Shown: piece after piece, positions 1 to 10,900 of the stretch
Layout: every line of letters starts with the position of its first letter
How positions within the stretch are numbered: position 1 is the stretch's first letter
Origin: Chrysemys picta bellii
Lineage: Eukaryota
Direction of reading: 5' to 3'
Assembly: GCF_011386835.1 (NCBI RefSeq)
Contig: NC_088797.1
Span: 32,612,001-32,676,000, forward strand
DNA length: 64,000 nt
Program-made: the position numbers and the translations under genes
Notes under the pieces: generated by a model
Told to the model about the DNA's origin: nothing
Database searches by the model: none
Seen by the model: the letters and a program-made list of their open reading frames with translations, nothing else

Positions 1-754
1 AGGAGGTGGAGTCTATTACAGCCCTACCCCCTTGTGGGTTGAGTCTGCTCTCATAGCCACACCCACCAGGAGGCAGAGTCTAGTATAGCCCTTCGCCCCT
101 TGGGGGCAGAGCCTGCTCTCCAGTTCACTCGCTTGGTGGTTGAGTCTGTTATAGCCCCACCCCTCTTGGAGGCATCAAGTCTATTCTCACAACACTACCT
201 CCTTGGAGACAGGACCCTTCCCCACATGCACAACTAACCTGTGGGACTCCCCACTGTAGGTACAAAGAGCTCTGATTGGTGGAGCTGGGTTACCAGTAGC
301 ACCTCCTGCCATTGCACAGCTCTGAGTCCCTCCCTCGCTTCTCCCTGAGGTTCAAGTTTCTTGTCACCCTAGGCCCTTCTGGGCACTGTCCAACCCACGT
401 GGCATGGCTCCCCTTGGCCTCCGCTACACTGCCAGCAACACAGGAGCCTGTAAGAGACCAGCCCCCATTAACAATAATTATGTCTATACTGAGAGAAGGT
501 AGAGATTGGGAATGTATCCCACTGCCTCCATCAATCACACACTAAGTCACATGGGTTCTTAGTTTGTATGCTTGTCTGTCGGGCACTCGGCAAAACAGGG
601 TCCCGAGATCGATCTTGCAAGCTAAGCAGAATTATGTCTCACTAATACTTGGACGGGAAACCTCCAAAGAAAATTCACAGTCCTGCAAAGGATGCGGTGG
701 AGACTCAGTATAGGGTGCTTTCCCCTCACAATCAGCACTGACCCCATACCCCAG

Positions 755-905
755 CACAGTGCCACCCAATGCTGGGCAAGAGATCATTATATAAACAGCT
801 CCCATGCCCTCCCCCCCAGAGGCGGCTGCATCTTAGCACCGGACGAGGGATCCCTGTATGAACAGCCCCCACACGCCATCTCAGCACCAGGTGAAAGATC
901 CCTGC
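755..905 (+). repeat. About 3 tandem copies of a ~60-bp dispersed repeat (cccagaggYggctgcatctcagcac...atccctgtataaacagctccca)
   Basis: The same unit recurs at ~1555-1590, ~9785-9835 and as a 5-6 copy array at ~20625-20905; inverted copies lie near 49420-49510. Confidence 0.6.
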
Positions 906-959
906 ATCTGTAGGGAGGTTTTCAAGACAGTCTCAATCTCTTGTCTGTTTCCCCCCCAG

Positions 960-3529
960 GCTGCAGGAGGACTATTCCAACACCCAACGCACCAACCAGC
1001 TGCTGGAGGAGAAACTTCACCTCATTGTAAGGGCAGCTTCATTGCTGGCAGGGAGCAGTCCCAGATTTGGGCTTACAGACCCCCACATTGAAAGGGAGCA
1101 ACCCCATGGTCAGATCCATGAGCCCTGGAGACTCAGCTGCCCAGACAGGGAACAACCCATTACCTCATTCAATGTAGGCTCTTACACTGGGCCCATCACC
1201 GTGGTATTTGAGCCTCTAACAGCTGCTCTATCCATATATTAAGTGCACCATGTAGCTACACTCCCGAGGGACGTGGGGGTCTGATTTTTCCATCCCACAA
1301 TCTCTCCCATAGTTCTGATGAGACATGAAGCCAAATCTCTCTCCCCCGCCCCCCACCAGGGTATTCAGCTGCCCTGACAATTTGCACAGAGATTTGGATA
1401 TTAACCAGGGTATCCCAGCCAAATCCCAAACCACTTCATGGGCCTAAATTGCTCCCTGCCTGGCAGTTTCAATCAGACACAGGATCATCCCACATGTCAT
1501 ATCTTCAAATGCTGTCCAACATTGTTGTGCAGATGTTAAACAGCCCCCATATCCCACCCCAGAGGTGGCTGCATCTCAGCGCTGGGGGACCAGGAGTCCT
1601 GATTCCCAGCCTCCAAGCACTAGGCCATTCTTCCCCTGACCATCTAGTCTTGCTGTCCTGAGCCCTTTGCTGTCTCCCTCCCCCCGCAGGCTCAGAGCAT
1701 GGCAGCTGAGAAACAAACCCTGAACCAGCACATTACTGAGCTGCTCGAGAGGCTTATTAGTGCCCAGAACACCATCTGCACGCTGGAGAGACTCAACGTG
1801 AGCTCAGGGGTGGGGGAGGCGGGCGGCCTGGGGAGCACAGACTGGGGGAGCACGGGGAGGGTTCCTGGCAGTGGGGGTGGCGTGTGGGCTATGGGGGGAG
1901 GGGGCAGGCAGAAGTGGTGCTGGGAAGGAGTGGGAAATGCTTCCATCTGTGGAGTCAAAAATCCAGTACCAAGGAAATGTTGCTAGATTCCGGAGCCAGT
2001 GGCAGCCTCACATTTTTAGAGCCAAACAGGTGAGGAATTAGTGCCGTGTATCCCTGGAAAGCTGGGCCCCAGCTTTCTAACAGCGCAGAGAGACCAGGTC
2101 TAACCCCCACGATGTCAGAGATACGGAGCCTCAATCTGCCCCAGCACTTTGCGACCCTTTCAAACGGCTCTGGCCTCAGGGAAATAAGCTCAAAGGTAAT
2201 CAGAATCATATGACTGGGGGGTCCAATAGCTTGACAACCCTCAGGGCTACACATAAAGGCCCTATGCTGCTGGAAAGCTGAAAATCCCAGCTTTCCATCA
2301 GGGCAAGTCTTGCATTATTAGCTTGAAGACTTGAGGAGATACTGCACCTTAAACAGCGATGGCTGCAAGCGTTAGCAGTTTTTGAGGCTGCTAAACTAAC
2401 ACCAGAGTTCCAGAGGGTAATCAGACTGACGGGATTGATAAATCCAATTCGTAGAGCTCGAAACAAATGCCTGACACCACTGAAAAGCTGAGGGTACAAA
2501 CCGTTCAGATATAGCACTCGCGGTTAAGGAGATATTGGGCTTTAAACCACCGCTGGTCCCGGCCACACTGGGCTGGTGTGAGTGACATCCCCTCCCCCGT
2601 CCCTGCAGATCTCGATGCTGCTGTCAGAATCAGCGGGGAAGCACCGTCACATGGAGAAGGCCAGTTCCGCCGACAGCCTCTACTCCCTGCACATCTCTGA
2701 CGTGGCGCCCCCTCCCGCCTTCATGGACAGTGCCTCCGATGCCCACACCACCACCCCCAGCCAGTCTGACTCGGCCACAGAGGCCAACAAGCCGGACTGC
2801 AGCTCTGAGTCAGACACAGCCATGCCCAACGGAGACAGGACTCCGGTGCCCAACTACCACAGCCTCCCATCCCCGGGGCAGCTGGAAAGCCACGGGAGAA
2901 CCACGGCCTTCACGCCGTGGAAGCAGCAGTGCCCTGGAGAGCTGCTGGAGCACGTCAACTCGACAGAAAGTGAGTGCAGTGCGGAGGAAGGGGCCCAGGT
3001 CCATGCCCTCCCCATGCCACACTTCCTCTACCTGAGGCAGGAGGCGCTGGTGGCTCCCTCAGTGCCCACCGTGCCGCCCACTGATGCCCTGCGCCCTCCG
3101 TCCCCGCAGGGCCTGCTGCTCGGTGGGCGGCTGGAGCTAGTGCCAGTGCCGGAGCTCAGCAGCACCGACAGCTCCGATGGGGATGAGGCCTGGAGCCAGG
3201 GCCTAGGGGAGAAGGAACCAGGGGTGTCTCTGGATTACCAGTCAGCTCAGAAGATCCTGGACAGCCTGCTGAGGCAGCACCAACACCTGGAGAAGGAGCC
3301 GGCGAAGGCGAGTGGAGGGGGCTATCAGGACAGGAGCGAGATGGGCCAGGCCAAGGGGCACCAGCGCCGGATTCGCTACTACTGGGACTTCCAGAGTCCG
3401 GGCAAGGAGCAGCCCCTGCTGCACCAGCCCCAGCATGGAGGGGGGTCCCTTCCCCGGGCCAAGGGCGAGAAGGTGTTGCAAAGGGAGCAGGAGTGTGGGG
3501 ATGGGGTGATGGACTCCACACTGCTGTAA
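960..3529 (+). CDS. BEGAIN/TJAP1(Pilt)-family coiled-coil protein, 3' part (5' exons lie upstream of the window)
   Basis: Exons 960-1026 (LQEDYSNTQRTNQLLEEKLHLI), 1690-1797 (AQSMAAEKQTLNQHITELLERLISAQNTICTLERLN) and 2609-3529 (ISMLLSESAGKHRHMEK...MDSTLL*) have AG/GT ends, polypyrimidine tracts and compatible phase-0 joins. They align by eye to recalled human BEGAIN segments IQSNYMALQRINQELEDKLYRM / GQHYEEEKRALSHEIVALNSHLLEAKVTIDKLSEDN / VSELPSDFQERVSLHMEK. Confidence 0.75.
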
Positions 3530-4156
3530 GGGGACCCATAGGCAGATGAGACCCCTGCCCCACAGCCACTTCACTGTCTACCTCCTGCTGCCCCCTACCA
3601 CTTCACTGTCTACCCCCTCACCACGGCAAGGAGCCCAGGGGATCAGGGGTGCCCCACTGAGCATAGGGAACTGTAGTCTGGGTTTGCTACAGACTGCCTG
3701 GGGGACAGACAGAACCAGAGAGGGGGTGGGGGGGACACGTTGACCCAGAGAGATCTGTGGGGAGAGGACAGACAGACAGGCCAGAGAAATGAGAGGAAAC
3801 AGCTAGAGATAGATACCCAGAGGGATGGGTTGGGGGATGGACAGACAGAACCAGAAATGGTGGGGGAAGGGGATGGGGATAGACCCAAATAGAAAGGAGG
3901 GGGACACAGACAGAGGAAAGTAGGGGGGATCCCACAGTAGGGGGGCCAGAAGCATCAATCCTGGGCTGACCCCTCTAGCTCCACCCCACCCTGCTGCTCT
4001 CCCCACCAGCCCCACCTGTATACATTTGCATTTACCTTGCTAACTGTGATCTGATCCGCCCCCACCTCCCCAAACCCCTGTACACAGGCGCCTGGACTGA
4101 GTCGCCAGCATGACCTGACCCCTTTTAATTAAAATTTCAGACATCGACGTTAAAGG

Positions 4157-4162
4157 AATAAA
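4157..4162 (+). terminator. Polyadenylation signal of the BEGAIN-like gene
   Basis: AATAAA ~630 nt after the stop codon, with a second signal ATTAAA at 4128-4133. Confidence 0.5.
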
Positions 4163-4927
4163 CTCCTCAGGCCAACGGGTGTTTGATTTCAGCCTGCGGA
4201 GCTGGGCCAGCACATGCGGAAGAGTCACCCGGCGCTGAGATGAAGCCGTCTTCGGGGTGGGACACGGGGCTGTTTATAGAAAGATTCCCTCAACTACTGC
4301 TGAGATGCAGGTTCTATCCCCAGCTCTGGGAAGGGTGTGGAGTCTAGTGGGTTAGGGTGGGAGGCTGGGAGCCAGGATGCCTGGGTTCCATTTGTCCATC
4401 TGAAAGAGGAGATCTATCTATCTGCCAGTCTCCCTGCTCTAACCATCAAATGTCTCTCTTCCCAGAGCCAGGGACAGAACTCAGGAGTCCTGCTCCAACT
4501 CCCTGCTCTAGCCAATATAATCCACTTCTTCCCCAGGGCCACATATAGGACCCAGAGTCCTGACTCCCAGCACACACCCCCAACCTGAACCCACAAGACC
4601 CCACACCCTTCTCAGAGCTGAGTCTAGAACCCAGGAGTCCTGTCTTCTCTTGGGAAGCTCTCACCCCACCAATGCCCTTCCTAATGGGGGTGGGGAATGG
4701 AACCACCAACCACCCTTCCATCTGTTTCCTGATTCCCCTTTATGGGACATCGGTTTTATGGCCCTGTTCCTGGTGTCCAAAGGGCATCCCTTAGTGCCAT
4801 GAATTGGGGGTATTGCATGGGGAGGGAGATAAGGCGGCTAGGTGGATCTGGGAGCTAATGAGTAACCCCATGAACCCTGGTGACAGGATCAGAGGCGTTA
4901 GCTGATCCAGAGTGCCCCATCTGCTGC

Positions 4928-4933
4928 TATAAA
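4928..4933 (+). promoter_or_regulatory. TATA box of NAALADL1
   Basis: TATAAA (ctataaagg) 45 nt upstream of the ATG at 4978. Confidence 0.6.
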
Positions 4934-4977
4934 GGGCCCACTACACCCACCTCACCCCCAGGAAGAGGCTGGAGCCC

Positions 4978-7900
4978 ATGGCAGGCTGTGGGATGAGCTG
5001 GCTGAAGATCCTAGGGGCCGTGATTGTGGGGGCCCTGCTGCTGACGGTCGGAATTCTGTTGGGCCACTTTGCCATCCCCAAAGGGGGGAATGGCTCGGGA
5101 GCGCCCAGCTGGGTGCAGACCGTGGGCCGGGATCTGAATGAATCCCTGCTGCAGAGCTTCATGGATCAGGTGGAGAGCGAGAAGATCCGGGAGAATCTGA
5201 AGTAAGGAGGGGAGGAGAGATGGAAAAGCCCCATTGAATTCACCCACATTCAGGAGATCCAGGACTCCTGGGCTGTGCAAGGCAGGATCATCCCTTAGAG
5301 CCTATTCCCCCCCAGGGATACAGGATCATCCCCTACAATCCATCCCCCCTGCCCCCGGGGACAGGATAGCCTCCTCTCAACCTGTGGCCAGATTGGAACC
5401 AGTGCCCCTATCAAGGGAGAGGACCTGTATCCCTAGCTTGTAGCCCCAGTTCTGGGAGAGGAGTGGTGTTTAGTGGTTACAACGGGAGTGGGAGGAGGAG
5501 TTGGAAGCCAGGACTCCTGGGTTCTATCCCCCACCAGAACCTGCAGTCCTCAGGGAGCTGTGATCTCAGGCACTCCCCTGTACCCCTCACCAGAGCCCTG
5601 GCCTCCCAGCCCCACATGGCTACAACTAAGGGGGATGAGGAGCTCGTAAAGCTGCTGCTGAGGCGCTGGCAGGACCCACAGATCGGTCTGGACAGCACCA
5701 GCGAGGATGTGTACGGCGCGTTCCTGTCCTTCCCTGACCCACAGAGACCCAACAGCGTGGCCGTGGGTGTGTGTGGGCAAGTGAGGGCTGGGTCTGCGTG
5801 TGCAGGGCACAGGGCTGTAGTGGGGGATCAGGGTACTGGAGGGGGGGCTGGAAGGGGTGGTGGAAGGAGGGCAGGGGGAACTGGGAGATAGGGCAAATGG
5901 GTGCAGGGGCGAGGGGGACACTGGGGCAGCTGGGCACAGAGGCTTGTGGGGTGCTAGATAGGCCCTGAGACAGCTGGGGCTAGAGAACGGACAGGCAGCA
6001 GGAACTGGGGCAGGTCTAAGGGGGAGAATGGGGCAGGGGACAGGCCAGGGGGTGGAATTAAGGCAGCTGAGGACAGGGAGCTGGAGGGACGGGATTGGGA
6101 ACAGACAAGGGCAGAGGGGAGCAGGGAGAGATGAGGCAGATGGGGGCAAAGGTCAGAATGGGATGTCCCACAGCAGGCACCCCACAGCTGACGAGATCTG
6201 CCTCCACCCCCAGTGGAGAACAGCAGCCAGATCTTCACAACCCGGCGCAGCGAGAAGAACGTGACAGCAGACCAGGCCCATGCAGATGTGGTTCAGCCGT
6301 ACGCTGCCTACGCACCCCCTGGGAACCCCAGGGTATGGAGCAGGGCTGGGTATAATCCCTCGTGACCGCCTTGTGGCCTCAATTCAGACCCTCCCCCTGC
6401 ACCCAGGGGCTGTCAACGAGTTATCTTATCTCCTCTCCCAGTCAGGACCATGTCCCTTCTTTTATGAGCCCATCAAGGCTGCTCAGGGATCTCTGTCCCC
6501 AGGGTGACATGCCAACCACTGTGTATCTATGGAGACAGACAATCCCCCGCCCTGCCCAGGTCCTCATGTATCCACAAACAGCTGTCACCGAGCCAACAGC
6601 CACTTATCCAAAGCCAGCCACACAGGTTGTCACTCCACATCTCTCCAGACAAACAGCCACCCAGACATGTCGCCTTGCCAATAGCCACATGTCCATGGAG
6701 ATAGTCACCCCAAATGTCACCACAAGACAGCCACGTATTCCGAGACAAACAGCAAGCATCACACAGGTTGTCACTCCAACAGGTGGGGTATCCTGAATGG
6801 CTGCCCTCAGGCTGTGGTGGCAACAGCCGTGTATCCCAAGACAGACAGCTACCCCCCACATCCCCATGCTGATGACCACATGGCCACGGAGCCAGGAAGA
6901 CATATTGCCATGCCAACAGCCACGCAATCCCAGAGATAAACAGCAAGCACCACATGTCATTCTGGCAACAGACACATATCTACAGACAAACAGCCACCCA
7001 GACAGGTCCCCTTGCCAACAGCCATGTGTCCAAAGAGACAGTCACCCCAAATGTCACCACAAGACAGCCACGTATTCCCAGAGACAAACAGCAAGCACCA
7101 CACATCATCTTGCCAACAGCCATGTACCCCCAGAGATAAATAGCCACCCCCACATCTCGTCATGCCAACAACCACATATCCTGAGGGATAAACACCCCTA
7201 ACACATTGCTGTGCCAACAGATACATATTCCTGGAGACAAACAGCCTCCCCTTGGCCCCCATCACCAAGCTGACAGCCATGTACCCATGGAGACAAATGG
7301 CTGCTCTCACATCAAGGATCCAAGTGGGCCCTGTCCCCATGGCAACTTTATCTCCCCATCCCGTCCCAGCAGCCCCTCTGATCCTCTCTCCCCCAGCGCC
7401 CTGGGGTTGACCCCTTTCTTCTCCCCTCAGGGGAGGCTGATATATGCCAACCAGGGCAAGCGCAGTGATTACCAGGAGCTGTTCAACATGGGCATCAACC
7501 TGAATGGCACCATCGCCATCACCCGCTACGGGGGGACCGGCCGTGCCGACAAGGTGAGGGGTACTCAGGGCCTACTGGCCCCAGACACCAGGCTTCCCCC
7601 TCATGTGGCACTGGAGAGGGGGCCTCTGGGCTCCTTTCCCCATCCCTTCCCCCTCATCCAGTTGCTCCCTCTCTGCCCCCCCATCCTAATCACCCCCCAT
7701 CCTTTGTCCCTTGTTTCTCATCCATCACCTCTCTCCCTGCCCCCCATCCCATCATCCCCTCCCCATTCCTCCAATCCCTTTCCCCCCAACATCTGACCGA
7801 AGGCCCCTTCCCCCCAAGTCCAATCACCCGTTCCCACTCCCCCAGTTCCATCAGCCCATGCATTTCCTGCCCAAGGCCTGTCCCCCCAAAGCCTGGTCAG

Positions 7901-10900
7901 CCGCAGACGGGGCACTGCACAGATCCAGGGGTGGGGGATGGCAGAAGAGTGGCCCACCTCAAGGTGGGGGGCTGGATGGAACAGTCATGGAATGCCATTG
8001 CTGCACCCCAGGAGGGTGGGGGCAGGGGAAGGCCAGCTAGAAGAGGGGGAACAGAGGCAGGAATAAGAGAACTGCTCACCACACATATTCCACTGGGACA
8101 CAGTGTATGTGGGGGACATTTTGGCTGCCCTTCCCGCTCTCCCTTGCAATGGTGGTGACGGTGGAGTGGATAATCTGACTGACCCTAACTCTCTAGGCAG
8201 TGAACGGGGCAGAGTTTGGTGTGGCTGGTGTGGTGGTGTATACAGACCCTGCGGATATCAATGATAGGCGGGCATCCGAGGAGGAGACCTACCCCAACTC
8301 CTGGTACATGCCCCCCTCCGGTGTGGAGCGGGGCTCTTACAACGGGTACTTCGGGGACCTACTCACGCCCTACTATCCTGCCAAAGGTAACATGCCTGGG
8401 CAGGGCAGGGCAGGGCGGGACTGGCTTTGACCCACAATGCCTCTTGCTGTTCCCTTCCACGAAGAAGAGGGGCATCTGTCCCAACCCCCTGCTGATGAGG
8501 CCAAGAGCCTCCTTGAATTCATCCCCCCACCCCTGCTCTCATTCATCCAGATGACACCCCATCCTCTGCCCCCCGCTATATCCTGTAGCGGGGAGTTCTG
8601 CAGATTAACCAAATCCATGTGGGGAATTGCTGCCCTGGAGTGCCCCCTATTCCCTGGACTATAGGAGCCCACCTGGCCTCTAGGAGCCCACCTGGCCTCC
8701 TCCACACCATTCACCTGAAATCCTCTCCTTTCCCCACCATCTGCACAGAACCCGAAAGTCTTGTCTCCTAGTTCTGTGGCTCTAACCACGAGACACCACT
8801 CCCCTTCCAGCGCCAGGAATAGAACCCTGGAGTACTGACTCCCAGCCCCCTCTGCTCTAACCACTAGACTCCATTCCTCTCTCAGAGCTGGGATAGAACC
8901 CAGGAGTCCTGACTCCCCAAGCCCTCTGGTTCTCCTTGTGTGGAATCATCATCTGGGGTATGTTCCCCAGATCCAAGTCTGGATTGCCCACCATCTTTGC
9001 AGCAAATGACCCCCCCATCCCAAACAGGGCACTGGGGGGAGGGGGAAAATGAGCCCCCTTCTGATTCACCTGCCTCTCCCCCATAGAATTCACCTACAGA
9101 ATCAAGGAGTCAGAGATCCAGGGGATCCCGCCGATCCCAACCCAGCCAATTGGTTTTGAAGACGCCCAGACGCTAATCTGGTGGGTGACTAATTCAATGG
9201 AGCTAGGGCAAAGGAGCTGTGAAATCTGGGGGCTGAACCCACCCCACAATGCATTTCAGTGCCCTACTACCCATTAGACTCACAATCATATCCCTTGGCC
9301 CTGGCATTGTCCTGTAGCAGGACATAGCTGGTGAGAATGGCTGCTGGCTGGTGCACTGGACTGGGACTCAAGACCCTTGGGTTCTATTCCCGGCTCAGCC
9401 ACCAGCTTTCTGGGTGACCTTGGACAAGACACTTCCCCCTCTTTGTGCCTCAGTTTCCCCATCTCTAGAATAGAGATAATGGCATTGACTGAAAAGCACT
9501 AGATAAGAGCTAGGGAATATTACTAACTAATCATGGAATAGTTTGAAAGGGGGATACACATGTGCACCATCACCTTTAGCCACTAGGTGGCGACAACAGC
9601 TCAGGCCCCAAGTCAAATTGTTAAAAACCCAATCATTATTAAATGGAGGGAAAGAGCTCAAAAAAATTAAATGCAGCCAGACCACCGCCTCTCCCCGTCC
9701 GATTCTGGCATTGATACACCACTGAGGTCAGGAAATTCACCGGAACTGAATTACTTCGATCATCAGCAATTTGGGGCAAGGACCCCAACCCAGAGGCGGC
9801 TGCATCTCAGTAGTGGGACAGAATCCCTGTATACCTGGGGCGTCTGGGCACTACCACAGTAAGATCATACCTAACCCCCAAAGCAACGGGAAATGCCTCG
9901 TTCTCTCACAGTCCGACTACACCATTGTACACCCACTGTATTGTACATGCCATGGCCGCTCCATAGAGGGCCATGTAGATTTTATGAGAAGTGGATTGAC
10001 CAGCCTAATAGCACATATTTCATACAACACAGTTAGGTTTAGAATGGAATGTATATATGAAGAGGGTGAGGTTCAATGGGGAGAGCAGGAGGATCTGGAA
10101 GTCAGCACTCTGGGTTCTCTTTCCAGCTCTGGGGGAGAGTGGGGGTCTAGTAGGGGTCAGAACAGCAGACCTGAGAGCCACGGTTAGACTGTGGTGGAGG
10201 ATAGGCTGGGAGTAAGGATTCCTGGGTCTGTCCCCAGATCTGGGAGGGGCATAGGGCCCAGTGCGTTGGGGGAGAGGGGGCTGGGAGTCAGGATTCCTGG
10301 GTTCTTTTCCCAGGTCTGACTCCCTGCATGCCCCGTGGACCACTAATTTCTCCACCTTGTGCCTCGATTTCTCCATCTATAAAATAAAGGCACCCACCAT
10401 GCACCTCCTGGGGAGTGTGGGGGTCCCCAGTGTTTGAGCTGTTCATGGGTGTAAAGCACTTGGAGTGTCCCAGGGGAAAGATGCAGCAGAGTAAACACAG
10501 GAATGTTATTAACAGGAGTGGGAATGCAGCCTTCGTGGCCAGGGCAGAGCTGCTGAGGAGACTGACAGAGGAGGCTTGGTGGTTTTGTGGGGACAGCAAA
10601 AGAGGTTTGGGGAGGGGCAGAGACTCTAATAACCCCATATATCTCTGGCTCTATGTTTTCAGTAACCTGTCTGGCCCTAAGGCACCCGCATCCTGGCAGG
10701 GCTCTCTGGGCTGCTCCTACCATGTGGGGCCAGGATTCCGCACGGGGGGGCAGTTTCCCAACACCAGGTATGGATAGATACATCTGGTCCAGGATTGCAT
10801 CCCACCCCCACAGCTCCCACCAAAAGTCACCTGGGAATTTTGACTTCCCCCTCCTTCTCCAACACTCCCTGTGCTGATCCAGCCCCCTGGACCCTGCACT

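Noticed and set aside
1955-2517. Two minus-strand ORFs (99 and 103 aa) inside the BEGAIN-like intron
   Set aside because: No recognisable domain or splice context; possibly a decayed mobile element, but this is unsupported.
2578-2608. GTGAGT donor 31 nt before the 2609 acceptor, suggesting the missing exon
   Set aside because: A 31-nt intron is too short for vertebrates, and the upstream frame has a TAA stop.
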